Shown in pieces: positions 1 to 9,750 of a stretch of DNA of 64,000 nt. Positions within the stretch are counted from its first letter, which is position 1; every line of letters starts with the position of its first letter. Location: contig OY762721.1 in assembly GCA_963666345.1 (NCBI GenBank), positions 2,592,001 through 2,656,000 of the forward strand, given 5' to 3'. The notes beneath the pieces were generated by a model, which was not told the DNA's origin, made no database searches, and was given only the letters and a program-made list of their open reading frames with translations. The translations under genes were made by a program, and so were the position numbers. The stretch comes from Desulfatiglandales bacterium. GTDB taxonomy: Bacteria; Desulfobacterota; DSM-4660; Desulfatiglandales; Desulfatiglandaceae.

Positions 1-608
1 TAATCGGGCCCATCCATCCAAGGAAGGAGTGGAGCCATATGAACAACCTGGCCCCCATGGAGGACGGCAACATCATGTCAAGTTCCAGATTCCTGGATAT
101 GGCCTTCATAATAGAAAGGGCCACAGGGAGGATTGTCTGGCGCTGGGGAAATGCGGCCTTCCTTGACAGGAAAAGCGGCCAGGTCCTGACAAGGTTCAAT
201 GAAAAGACCCTGGGAGGTCCTCATGACTTTTCCGTGATCGAAAGGGGGCTTCCAGGCGAGGGTCATATGCTTGGATATGACAATGGTATGTATACCGGGG
301 TTTCAAGGGCACTTGAGGTGGATATCGACTCAGGGGAGATCGTTTGGCAGAGCACGGATCACACATACCGGCACGGCAGGCATTCCTTTTCAGCCTATAT
401 AAGCAGTGCAAACAGGCTGTCCAACGGAAACACCCTTATCTGCGAGGGACAGAACGGCATCATATGCGAACTTACCCCTGATAGGCAGATCGTATGGCAG
501 TGGGTAAGGCCCGAGCCGAGCAGAACTTCCACGGTATGGGCCATATTCAGGTCCTACCGCTTTGCGCCTGATTACTGCCCTCAGCTGAAAGACCTTTGTC
601 TTGGATAA
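1..608 (+). CDS. Aryl-sulfate sulfotransferase (ASST)-like beta-propeller protein, 5'-partial
   Basis: Frame is open to the window edge (IGPIHPRKEWSHMNN...). EWSHMN, GGPHD, YDNG and SSANRLSNGNTLICEG motifs match the ASST family. Confidence 0.7.
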   Translation, partial: IGPIHPRKEWSHMNNLAPMEDGNIMSSSRFLDMAFIIERATGRIVWRWGNAAFLDRKSGQVLTRFNEKTLGGPHDFSVIERGLPGEGHMLGYDNGMYTGVSRALEVDIDSGEIVWQSTDHTYRHGRHSFSAYISSANRLSNGNTLICEGQNGIICELTPDRQIVWQWVRPEPSRTSTVWAIFRSYRFAPDYCPQLKDLCLG

Positions 609-632
609 AAAAGAATGATTCGCTTTCTTTAA

Positions 633-672
633 AAAGGCCCCCGCCTGATTGATCATCAGGCGGGGGCCTTTC
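633..672. terminator. Bidirectional intrinsic terminator
   Basis: 17-bp perfect stem AAAGGCCCCCGCCTGAT/ATCAGGCGGGGGCCTTT between convergent genes. Confidence 0.85.
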
Positions 673-681
673 ATGCTTATA

Positions 682-1281
682 TTAGGACATGGAACGGGAA
701 TAGACCTCGATACCCCTTTCAAAGCAGTCCATGTTTGCCTTGATAAAGGCCTTTTTGGTCTTTGTCTCTATAGCCTTTTTGAAGTCTGAGTCATTCATGG
801 GAAGCTGCCCTGATGCGCAAAGCGCCCCGACCATCACCATGTTTACTCCCAGGGGGTTCCCGGCCGCCCTGGCCTCTTCCATGGCGTCAAAGGCCACGAC
901 TTTACCCACCTTTGATCTGATGTAATCTATCGCCCCTTTTGTTTCAGGATATTTCCCCTGGCCGATGGCCACGGTAAAGGGGGGAATGGCTGATTTTGAC
1001 ATTATCACAAGGGTCTTGCAGTTCATCTTTTCCAGCGCCCTCATAGCCTCAAGAGGCTCGAACGCAAGCGCTATGTCCACCTCGCCCTCCGAGATAATGG
1101 AGCTGCAGGCGGGCCCCACAACGGCGGTCGACTCTACTACTCCGCCCCTTTGGGCCATACCGTGCGTCTCGCTCATATTGACCGGCACACCAGCTATGAT
1201 TGCCGCCTCTCCAACCAGTTTGGTGGCGAGGATGTTACCCTGTCCCCCGACACCTACGAAATATACTCTCTTTGTTTCCAT
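682..1281 (-). CDS. iorB: Indolepyruvate:ferredoxin oxidoreductase beta subunit
   Basis: GVGGQG and SETHGMAQRGG motifs; start overlaps the iorA stop. Confidence 0.9.
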   Translation of the reverse strand: METKRVYFVGVGGQGNILATKLVGEAAIIAGVPVNMSETHGMAQRGGVVESTAVVGPACSSIISEGEVDIALAFEPLEAMRALEKMNCKTLVIMSKSAIPPFTVAIGQGKYPETKGAIDYIRSKVGKVVAFDAMEEARAAGNPLGVNMVMVGALCASGQLPMNDSDFKKAIETKTKKAFIKANMDCFERGIEVYSRSMS

Positions 1282-3140
1282 TATCGTCTCTCCTGTTTCT
1301 TCCTTGGTCCAATGGCGTTTTCAGGGCAGACCTGAACGCAGACCGCACATCCTATGCAGAGGTTGGGATCGATGTTCACCTTATCGCCGTCCAGATAAAA
1401 GGCAGGGCAGGCAAACTCTTTGTAACATGTGCCGCAACCCGTGCATTTTTCCTGTTTTACCTCAAACACCGGCCTCTTTGCCTTTTTGATTTTCATCTGG
1501 TGAAGCGGGCAGACCTCCCTTGATATGATCACGGAAAGCCCGTCATAGGCAAGTGCGTCTTCTACCGCCTTCTGTACCTTTTTGAGATTTGTGGGTCGGA
1601 CCACCTGAACATGTTTGACTCCAAGCCCTTTTACCACATCCTCAAGATCGATGTTGGTCAGGTTCTGCCCGGCCGCAACAGTGTCCATTGCTGCTGAAGG
1701 CTGATGCCCGGTCATGGCGGTGATTCCGTTATCCAGGATCACGAGCGTGAATTTGTGATTATTGAACACCGCGTTTGCAAGACCGGTCATTCCCGAATGA
1801 AAAAATGTACTGTCTCCTATGAAGCTTACCACTCTCTGTTCTGATGCGGTTGATATCCCGGCCGAACTGCTCACAGAGGCCCCCATACACAGGACCATGT
1901 CGGCCATGTTATAGGGGGGGAGAAAACCGAGCGTGTAGCATCCGATGTCGTTGGGGAAGATTGCATCGGGACCTGCCGCCTTTTTTACCGCATAATAGGT
2001 CATCCTGTGAGGGCATCCGGGACACAGGTTGGGAGGACGCAGCGGCAGCTCGGGGCGGTCGGATAAATCCAGCCTTGCTGGGCTTTCATAAGGTACCCCG
2101 AAAAACCGTGCCACAGCCTCCCTTACCATTGCAGGGTTATATTCCAGCATGCGGCTCAGTCCTGCAACTCCCTTTCCCTTTATCGAAAGGGCAAGTCCCG
2201 CCTCCTGGGCCGCCACCTTTACCGCCTCTTCCATAAAGGGTTCAAGCTCCTCGACCACCAGGACCTGTTCCTTTTCTTTGAGAAATTCCCTTATGAGCCT
2301 GAAGGGCATCGGATTACTCATCCCGATCCTGAGTACTGAGACCTTTTCTTCCAGACCCAGGTCCTTTACGGCATCCATGACATAGTTAAATGAGATGCCG
2401 TTTGAAACAATGCCTAATGAGGCCTTGCCTATAATCAGGTTGTAGGGGCTGTTGTTGCTTATCTTTTCCGCTTTTTTCTGCTTTCCAAGAAGTCTCTTGT
2501 GCATGGCAGGGGTGTTGGAGGGGAGGGTCACAAATTCTTTAGGCGATTTTTCAAAATGGCCTGCATTTTCAGGCCGTTTTATCTCTCCAAGCTCAACCAC
2601 TCCCCTTGAGTGGGCGATCCTGGTCGTGGACCTGATGATGACCGGGATATTCAGCTGCTCTGAGAGATCAAAGGCAAAAACGGTCATATCCTTCATCTCC
2701 TGGGCATTTACAGGTTCAAGAAGGGGAAGACCGGAAAATTTCGCAAAATACCTGTTGTCCTGTTCGTTCTGGCTTGAAAACATGGATGGGTCATCCGCGT
2801 TGTATATTACCATACCGGCCCTGACCCCCATGTAGGCAAGGGTCATCATTGGATCGGCAGCCACGTTCATCCCGACATGCTTCATTGCGGTCAGGCTCCT
2901 GACCCCGCTTATGGCAGCTCCTCCTGTCGCCTCCATTGCAACCTTTTCATTGGTTGCAAATTCCATGTAAAAGCCCATTTTGTCCTTGAGTGCGAAAAGG
3001 TTGTTGGGTACCTCTGAAGAGGGGGTACCAGGGTAGCAGCTGGCAAAGGACATCCCCGCCTCAAACGCGCCTCGGACAAGAGCCTCGTTTCCTAGAAACA
3101 GGGCCTTTTGGCCCTTTCTATCAGATGTTAGTTCCGACAT
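1281..3140 (-). CDS. iorA: Indolepyruvate:ferredoxin oxidoreductase alpha subunit
   Basis: LGNEA, YPGTPSSE, NEKVA, CPGCPHR, DIGCY, TPP motif GDSTF..SG...DN, C-terminal 2x[4Fe-4S]. Start moved to MSELTSD (ATG 3140, with SD). Confidence 0.92.
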   Translation of the reverse strand: MSELTSDRKGQKALFLGNEALVRGAFEAGMSFASCYPGTPSSEVPNNLFALKDKMGFYMEFATNEKVAMEATGGAAISGVRSLTAMKHVGMNVAADPMMTLAYMGVRAGMVIYNADDPSMFSSQNEQDNRYFAKFSGLPLLEPVNAQEMKDMTVFAFDLSEQLNIPVIIRSTTRIAHSRGVVELGEIKRPENAGHFEKSPKEFVTLPSNTPAMHKRLLGKQKKAEKISNNSPYNLIIGKASLGIVSNGISFNYVMDAVKDLGLEEKVSVLRIGMSNPMPFRLIREFLKEKEQVLVVEELEPFMEEAVKVAAQEAGLALSIKGKGVAGLSRMLEYNPAMVREAVARFFGVPYESPARLDLSDRPELPLRPPNLCPGCPHRMTYYAVKKAAGPDAIFPNDIGCYTLGFLPPYNMADMVLCMGASVSSSAGISTASEQRVVSFIGDSTFFHSGMTGLANAVFNNHKFTLVILDNGITAMTGHQPSAAMDTVAAGQNLTNIDLEDVVKGLGVKHVQVVRPTNLKKVQKAVEDALAYDGLSVIISREVCPLHQMKIKKAKRPVFEVKQEKCTGCGTCYKEFACPAFYLDGDKVNIDPNLCIGCAVCVQVCPENAIGPRKKQERR

Positions 3141-3281
3141 GCATGATCCATCCTTTCTATATAAATTTACAGTAAAATAAGCTCCTGCCGGTGCATGAAA
3201 AAGGGGCACAACAGAAGCTGAGTTGAAAATCAAAAGATCCAACTGACGGCCTTGATCGAGCAGGCCTTAAATGAAGTTTTT

Positions 3282-4070
3282 TCAGGGTCTATAGGCGCCG
3301 TTTAGAAACTGCGGTTCTATGTGATAACCCATGTAGTTTGATATTTCGCCTGCCGTATCCATTACCCTCTGCGCAAGGGTATGAAACTTCTCCCCGCTTA
3401 TCTTTTTCGGGTCTCCGTTAAGGCTTATAGCGCCAACCACCTCTCCATCGATTCCGAATATGGGAGCGCCTATGCTGTCAAGATGCATCATGAGTTCCTG
3501 GTGAACCACCGAGTAGCCTCTGTCCCTGGTTTCGGCAAGTTCCGCAAGTATAAGATCACGCTCAGATATGGTCTTCGGTGTGTATTTTATAAGTTCCACC
3601 CTTTTAAGATGTTGATCAATCTCCTGGTCAGACATAAAAGCGAGAACCGCCCTTCCCATGGAAGAACAGAAGGCGGGAACGCTCGGACCCATGTAGGGGG
3701 CAGCCGACCCGCTTTCAAGGGGCAGCGTGCTCATGGTGACTATGACGGCATCCCTGTGAAAGACTCCCAGCCTGCCTATGAGGCCGGTTTCCCGCGCAAG
3801 GTAGCTGACCGGTATGGAGGCCTTCTGATTGAGCTCAAAGGTGCCTTCATATATTGTGCCGAGCACGTGGAGCCTTATGCCGAGGCGGTATTCCCGGCTC
3901 CTGGGTGCCTTTTTAAGAAAACCGGCAACCTCGAGTGCCTGTACAATACCGTGAGCCGTGCCTATGGGAAGCTTAACCGCTTTTGCAATGTCACTGATGC
4001 GCCACTGGGGTCGTGCATAGGAAAAAAGTGAAAGTATATCGGACGCCCTTTGTATTGACTGGTTGCTCAT
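3282..4070 (-). CDS. IclR-family transcriptional regulator
   Basis: N-terminal HTH (SIQRASDIL...ISDIAKAVKLPIGTAHGIV) and C-terminal IclR motifs (CSSMGRAVLA, RDRGYS, IGAPIF). Start at ATG 4070 after SD AGGAGG. Confidence 0.92.
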   Translation of the reverse strand: MSNQSIQRASDILSLFSYARPQWRISDIAKAVKLPIGTAHGIVQALEVAGFLKKAPRSREYRLGIRLHVLGTIYEGTFELNQKASIPVSYLARETGLIGRLGVFHRDAVIVTMSTLPLESGSAAPYMGPSVPAFCSSMGRAVLAFMSDQEIDQHLKRVELIKYTPKTISERDLILAELAETRDRGYSVVHQELMMHLDSIGAPIFGIDGEVVGAISLNGDPKKISGEKFHTLAQRVMDTAGEISNYMGYHIEPQFLNGAYRP

Positions 4071-4080
4071 ATGACCTCCT

Positions 4081-4095
4081 TTCGAATATGTCGAA
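4081..4095. promoter_or_regulatory. Putative IclR operator 1
   Basis: TTCGAATATGTCGAA palindrome lying between the iclR promoter (TTGACA 4132-4127, 17 nt, TATTTT) and its SD. Confidence 0.65.
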
Positions 4096-4164
4096 CAATA
4101 ATTAAAATAAAGAAAAAATAAAGCCATGTCAACCGATAATAACAAGAAAAATAGCCAAAAACCC

Positions 4165-4193
4165 TTGACAGGTGTGAATTACAGCTATAATAT
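4165..4193 (+). promoter_or_regulatory. Sigma70 promoter of the FAD-oxidase gene
   Basis: TTGACA followed by TATAAT at 15 nt or TAATAT at 17 nt. Confidence 0.6.
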
Positions 4194-4211
4194 TTTGTAA
4201 ATTATAAATAC

Positions 4212-4230
4212 ATTTCGACATAGTCGAAAT
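4212..4230. promoter_or_regulatory. Putative IclR operator 2
   Basis: ATTTCGAC-ATA-GTCGAAAT perfect palindrome; its core differs by 1 nt from the reverse complement of operator 1. Confidence 0.7.
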
Positions 4231-4307
4231 TATAGGTTTTACGATCGGCTGCATATGCAGCCGATTCTTTTATCGAAGAGAGACGGATTTTAGGAGGACC
4301 ACTCTGG

Positions 4308-6935
4308 ATGCAATGGTTAAGCGAGTTAGAGAGGATCGTAGGGCCGGATAATTTGTTGTCGGAAAAGGTCGACTGTCTTGGCTATTCAAGGGACATGTCC
4401 ATTCATGAAGGGGTGCCTGAGGCGGTTGTTTTTGCGCAGAACACGGAGCAGGTCTCTCAGGTGGTCTCGCTTGCAAATCAAGAAGGGATACCGGTGACGG
4501 CAAGAGGTGCAGGAACATCGGTCACAGGTGCCTCTCTTGCCTCAAAAGGAGGCATAATCCTTAACCTGGTCAAGATGAACAGAATAATTGAGATAAACAG
4601 GACAGACTGTTACGCAGTGGTTGAACCTGGCGTAATCTGTGATGATCTCAACAGGGAGCTTGCCCCTGCCCATTTTTATCCGCCTGACCCGGGATCGGCA
4701 CCTGTTGCGACTATAGGAGGCATGGTAAGCACAAACGCCTCAGGCGTGCGGGCGGTAAAGTACGGAACTGCAAGGGACTACATCAAGGCCATGAAGGTGG
4801 TTCTTGCAGACGGCAGGGTCATAAACACCGGGACCAAGGCCCCTAAATCATCGGCGGGATATGATCTTAACAGGCTTTTTTCAACCTCGGAGGGGACTCT
4901 CGGCATCATCACGGAGATTACCGCCAAGATTCTGCCGGTGCCTGAATACGCCGCCTTTGCCAAGCTTTCCTTTCCTTCCATAGTGGAGGCCGGTGCAGTC
5001 GTAGAGGAGATAATAAGAAAGGGTATCCCGATATCTACCTGTGAAATCCTTGACGGTGTTTCAATTGAAGCGGTCAAGGAGGCCATGGGGCTTAAGATCC
5101 CGGGAAATGTCAGCGCACTTGTGTTTGCCGAGATTGACGGGGCCCGTGCCGCAGTAAAGAGTCAAATGGAAGAAATGAATTCCATTTTTAGAGAAAAAGG
5201 GGGGATTGAAATAGAGTGGTCGGACGACCAGGAAAGACGGGCCGAGATATGGTCGGCCCGTCATGGACTTGTTTCATCTCTTTCCCGATTGCACAGGGGC
5301 TCCAGGCAGGTGCCGATTACAGAGGACTTCGGCGTGCCCATGAGCAGGATCCCTGAAACCATAGATGCGATACAGGAAATCGGGCGAAGATACGGGGTCG
5401 ATATCGCCACCTTCGGTCATATAGGGGACGGAAACCTTCACGCCGTTCTTTTAATGGATATAAGAGATAAGGATGAATGGGAGACCATAAGAAAGATATC
5501 TGAGGAATTCATTGATCTGACCCTTCGGCTTGAAGGGACACTTACGGCGGAGCATGGCATAGGCATGGCCAAATCACCCTACATAGAAAGAGAACTGAAC
5601 GGCGCACTGGATGTCATGCAGACGGTAAAGAGCGCGCTTGACCCGAAAAATATCCTCAATCCGGGTAAAATGGGTTTTAATGACTCCATAGGTTATATCT
5701 ATGACAGGTGCGGCTCAAGGGACCTTGAAGGTGGAATAAGGGAGGAAAGCAGCCTGGGGGAATCAGCGGACGAAGACGTCCTTGCATGTACCCAGTGCGG
5801 TTTCTGCAGCCTTGTCTGTCCCACCTATTCCGAGACCCGGATTGAAACCATGAACGCGAGAGGAAGAAACACCCTTGCGTTTGATCTTTTAAGCGGCAGG
5901 GCGGAGTTGAGCGAGCAGATGGTAAATCGCTTCTATCAGTGCACCATGTGCGATGCATGTGCCTCATCATGCCCGGCGGGTGTAAAGACCAGCAGGATAG
6001 TACAGGCGGTCCGGAAAAAGTCATTCGCCTCGGGGTTTGCCCCGGAAGGTATCAGGATGGCAAACAGATCCGTGGAGGATAACAGAAATCCCTTTATGCA
6101 GCCGAGGGACGAAAGGGACGAATGCTTTATCGATCCGCCAGCGGCACCTGAGGGTGCCGAGGTTTTATACTGGCCCGGCTGCGTCAGCTCATACCAGGAA
6201 GAGGACGTCGTGCCTGCAACGGCGGAGCTTCTGGACAGGGCGGGGATCGCATGGACCGCACTTGGCAATGAAGAGGGATGCTGCGGATATCTCGCATATG
6301 TAAGCGGTGACATGGAGCTTTTTGATGAGCTCATGAAGGAAAACCTGGCGGCCTTTAAGAGATCAAAGGTGAAAACCCTGGTTACGACATGCCCCGGCTG
6401 CTACAGGACCTTCAAGGACCTGTACGGAAAGGATAAAGGGGGCCTGGAGGTACTTCATTCCACGGAGTATTTCAGCCGTCTTATTCAGGAGGGCAGGCTG
6501 CGGTTTTCAGAAGGCGGCACACCTCTCAGGGCTGTTTATCATGATCCTTGTGATCTCGGCAGGCATATGGGGGTCTATGAAGCACCCAGGGAGATTCTCA
6601 GGTCCATGAAGGATGTTGAGCTGCTGGAGTTCAGCAGAAATCGTGAAAACGCCAGATGCTGCGGGGCTGGAGGGGGCATGAAAGGTCATGACCTTAATCT
6701 GTCTCTTGATGTGGCCTCCAGGCATATCCTTGAGGCCGCCGAAATGGGTGCCGACGCCATAGTGAGTGCGTGCGGCACGTGCAAGAAGAATTTCCAGCAC
6801 GCAACGGTGCGGGTGAGAAAAAAAGGGCTGCTTTCCAGGAGGATCGCAGTCTATGACGTTATGGAACTGATGGCCCAAAGGATGGTTGTCTCCTCCTGCG
6901 GGGCATTGGATAAGGCCGCCAGGGAGGCCGCCTAG
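4308..6935 (+). CDS. FAD-linked 2-hydroxyacid dehydrogenase (GlcD/D-LDH-like) fused to 4Fe-4S and CCG (GlcF/HdrD-like) domains
   Basis: RGAGTS, PPDPGS, TIGGM, SEGTLG, GHIGDGNLH, AEHGIG; two CxxCxxCxxxCP motifs; two CCG domains (EGCCG, RCCGAGGG). Confidence 0.88.
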   Translation: MQWLSELERIVGPDNLLSEKVDCLGYSRDMSIHEGVPEAVVFAQNTEQVSQVVSLANQEGIPVTARGAGTSVTGASLASKGGIILNLVKMNRIIEINRTDCYAVVEPGVICDDLNRELAPAHFYPPDPGSAPVATIGGMVSTNASGVRAVKYGTARDYIKAMKVVLADGRVINTGTKAPKSSAGYDLNRLFSTSEGTLGIITEITAKILPVPEYAAFAKLSFPSIVEAGAVVEEIIRKGIPISTCEILDGVSIEAVKEAMGLKIPGNVSALVFAEIDGARAAVKSQMEEMNSIFREKGGIEIEWSDDQERRAEIWSARHGLVSSLSRLHRGSRQVPITEDFGVPMSRIPETIDAIQEIGRRYGVDIATFGHIGDGNLHAVLLMDIRDKDEWETIRKISEEFIDLTLRLEGTLTAEHGIGMAKSPYIERELNGALDVMQTVKSALDPKNILNPGKMGFNDSIGYIYDRCGSRDLEGGIREESSLGESADEDVLACTQCGFCSLVCPTYSETRIETMNARGRNTLAFDLLSGRAELSEQMVNRFYQCTMCDACASSCPAGVKTSRIVQAVRKKSFASGFAPEGIRMANRSVEDNRNPFMQPRDERDECFIDPPAAPEGAEVLYWPGCVSSYQEEDVVPATAELLDRAGIAWTALGNEEGCCGYLAYVSGDMELFDELMKENLAAFKRSKVKTLVTTCPGCYRTFKDLYGKDKGGLEVLHSTEYFSRLIQEGRLRFSEGGTPLRAVYHDPCDLGRHMGVYEAPREILRSMKDVELLEFSRNRENARCCGAGGGMKGHDLNLSLDVASRHILEAAEMGADAIVSACGTCKKNFQHATVRVRKKGLLSRRIAVYDVMELMAQRMVVSSCGALDKAAREAA

Positions 6936-7207
6936 GTCATGGAAGGTGTTATTATGAAAAATAAGAGGAAAAAACCGGGACTGCGAGCCTGGGCAGGATT
7001 GTGGCAGTATCGGTGTCAGACAGAATAGGTTGGGAAACACCATCCTGACGGTACTTGTAGTTCAGGTCTGCCTCATGTCTCTGGCCGTCAGGATAGTCGG
7101 AGGCGAGGCCGCCCGGTAATGACAAGAAAACTTGAAAGTGCGGACGAAGGTGATTATTAGAGGTTGATCTTTTACCTACAGATGAATATCGGAAACGAAA
7201 AAATATC

Positions 7208-9679
7208 TTGGAGTCTAGGAATATGAAATCAAAAAAAAATAAAGGTGATGGCGGTCCTTCCATGATCAGGGAAACGCCGGGGCTGGAGATCGATTTTGAT
7301 GCTATAACAATGCAGTTTCAAGCCGCCTATGAAGAGGGGCGCGGATTTCTGTTCGAGCATGAGGTTTACGGCCTGCTGAAGACCTCCGGGGCGGAAACCC
7401 CTCCCAAGTCGAAACTGCTCCTTAAGGGAAGCCGACCTTCGGACCGGGATCTGATTGAGCTTTCGGGCGAATATGTGGTTCTCAAGATCGTGTCCCCCAT
7501 GATTATTCATAAGACGGAGGTGGGGGGGGTCAGGGTTGTTGAAAACAGGTCTGAAAAGATCCGTTCGGCATGGCGAAGGATGATGCATGAGGTACCTGAA
7601 AATTATTCATCATGGATTGAAAAGAACAGGGGTTCAGAGCCTGCGGCCTACAGGGGGTTAAGCTCCGAGACCCTTCTTTCGGCTATCTCAAGCGATATCA
7701 AGGGGGTGCTGATGGTTCAGTACATGCCCCCTGATTCAGAGGCCTTCGGCAATGAACTGATAGTGGGTATAAGGCGAACCAGGGAATTCGGTATGGTCAT
7801 AAGTGCCGGACTGGGGGGGACCGACACCGAGCTTTATGCCGATCGGTTCAGGAAGGGGCAGGCCATAGTTGCGGCCTCCACCGAGCTTACAGACATCGAT
7901 ACCTTTTTTGAGATATTCAAGAGGACTATTTCCTATAAAAAACTTGCCGGGCTTACCAGGGGTCAGAGGCGGATTGTCACTGATGAGCAACTGGTAGAAT
8001 GTTTTTCCTCTTTTATCGCAATGGCCAATTTTTTCTCCCCGACAAATGAAAGGGCACCCTTTGTAATTGATGAGCTTGAGATAAACCCTTTTGCCTTTTC
8101 AGATTTTTTGATGGTGCCCCTTGACGGGCTTTGCAGATTTTCGGAAAAGGGGAAAAAGGGCGCTTCAAGGCCTATTGAAAAGATAGGCCGTCTTCTTCAT
8201 CCGGGATCCATAGGGATTGTCGGGGTTTCGGCGAAAAGGATGAATTTCGGCCGGATAATACTCAAAAATATCCTCGCAAACGGTTTTGATCCACAAAAGG
8301 TCTATATAATAAAACCGGGCACGGATCAGATAGACGGCATAAGGTGTGTGCCCGACCTGAAATCTCTTGAACAGAGGCTCGATCTGTTTGTGGTTGCAGT
8401 CGATGCAAGCAAACTGCCTCAGCTTGTTGAAGAGGTGATAGATCTGAAGGCCGCGGAATCGGTCATGCTTATCCCGGGGGGGCTGGGCGAGAAAAAGGGG
8501 AGTGAGGAAAGGGCGAAAAGGCTCATAAAAAAGATAGGTGATTCTCACAAAACTCCCGACGGCGGTCCGGTATTTCTGGGGGCCAATTGCCTGGGGGTCA
8601 TATCGCATCCAGGCTCATTTGACACCCTTTTTATCCCTGAGGAAAAGCTGCCCAAGGACAGAAAATCCAGAAAGCAGAGGGCTGCGTTTGTCAGCCAGAG
8701 CGGTGCCTTCATGATAACCAGGCTGAGTAAAAAACCGTGTCTTGATCCCTCCTATGTCATTTCAGTGGGAAATCAGACAGACCTCACCCTGGCGGATATC
8801 GTCATCTACCTAAAGGATCTGGATGATATCGATGTCATAGCGGTTTATGCGGAAGGTTTCAAGGATCTCGACGGCCTTGCCTTTGCGCGCGCCGTCAGGC
8901 AGGCGATACTCAGGGGCAAGTACGTCGTCTTTTACAAGGCGGGTCGTACCCCCGAGGGCAAGACCGCCACTTCAGGGCACACTGCATCCCTTGCCGGTGA
9001 TTACATGATCTGTGAATCTCTTATCATGCAGGCAGGCGCGATCGTTGCCCAGACATTTAGCCAGTTTGAATCCCTTTTTCTTCTGGCCGAGCGGCTTCAT
9101 GGGAAGAAAATAAGAGGAAACCGGATGGCGGCCGTAAGCGGGGCCGGTTTTGAGGCCGTGGGTATGGCGGACAGCATATATTCGGATGACTATGACATGC
9201 AGTTAGGAGCCTTTGCCGGCGAAACCGTGAGAACAATCGAGGGCATACTGGAGGAAAATTCCCTCCACACCCTGGTAGACGTAAGAAACCCTCTGGACAT
9301 AAACCCCACTGCCAGTGATGAGGTGCATGTCAGGGTAGTGGAATCCCTTATCGGGGACCCCAATGTCGATTGCGTCATAGTGGGCCTGGATCCCCTGTCG
9401 CCGGTAACCTGTACCCTGGCCGGTGACACGAATGGTTTCTCTCTTGATTCGGAAAAAGGGACTGCAAGGCTGATGCCCGATCTCGCATCAAGGAGCGAAA
9501 AGCCTATAGTGGGAGTCGTGGATGGGGGAAAACGGTATGATCCCCTGGTGGAGGCCCTTGAGAAGACGGGTCTTCCCATGTTCAGGTCCTCCGATATGGC
9601 CGTGTCGGCCCTGGCAAGATACATAAAAGGAAGATTGAGGGCTGAAAAAATCCGCCTCAGAAACGGAATAGACAGATAA
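7208..9679 (+). CDS. ADP-forming acyl-CoA synthetase (acetate-CoA ligase family), single chain, ATP-grasp first
   Basis: LKIVSP..IHKTEVGGV, ELEINP, CoA-binding domain, GANCLG, SQSGA, SGHTASLAG (phospho-His), NPLD. True start may be 7223 or 7262. Confidence 0.85.
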   Translation: MESRNMKSKKNKGDGGPSMIRETPGLEIDFDAITMQFQAAYEEGRGFLFEHEVYGLLKTSGAETPPKSKLLLKGSRPSDRDLIELSGEYVVLKIVSPMIIHKTEVGGVRVVENRSEKIRSAWRRMMHEVPENYSSWIEKNRGSEPAAYRGLSSETLLSAISSDIKGVLMVQYMPPDSEAFGNELIVGIRRTREFGMVISAGLGGTDTELYADRFRKGQAIVAASTELTDIDTFFEIFKRTISYKKLAGLTRGQRRIVTDEQLVECFSSFIAMANFFSPTNERAPFVIDELEINPFAFSDFLMVPLDGLCRFSEKGKKGASRPIEKIGRLLHPGSIGIVGVSAKRMNFGRIILKNILANGFDPQKVYIIKPGTDQIDGIRCVPDLKSLEQRLDLFVVAVDASKLPQLVEEVIDLKAAESVMLIPGGLGEKKGSEERAKRLIKKIGDSHKTPDGGPVFLGANCLGVISHPGSFDTLFIPEEKLPKDRKSRKQRAAFVSQSGAFMITRLSKKPCLDPSYVISVGNQTDLTLADIVIYLKDLDDIDVIAVYAEGFKDLDGLAFARAVRQAILRGKYVVFYKAGRTPEGKTATSGHTASLAGDYMICESLIMQAGAIVAQTFSQFESLFLLAERLHGKKIRGNRMAAVSGAGFEAVGMADSIYSDDYDMQLGAFAGETVRTIEGILEENSLHTLVDVRNPLDINPTASDEVHVRVVESLIGDPNVDCVIVGLDPLSPVTCTLAGDTNGFSLDSEKGTARLMPDLASRSEKPIVGVVDGGKRYDPLVEALEKTGLPMFRSSDMAVSALARYIKGRLRAEKIRLRNGIDR

Positions 9680-9750
9680 TACCGGAACCCTCCGCCCTTG
9701 AGTTCAGCAAAGGAAGAATTCAGGCGGGGGCGGGGCATGGAACTTTTCTC

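Noticed and set aside
6954..7094. 24-aa ORF and a 10-bp inverted repeat between the oxidase and the acyl-CoA synthetase
   Set aside because: No recognisable motif or second copy; could be chance.
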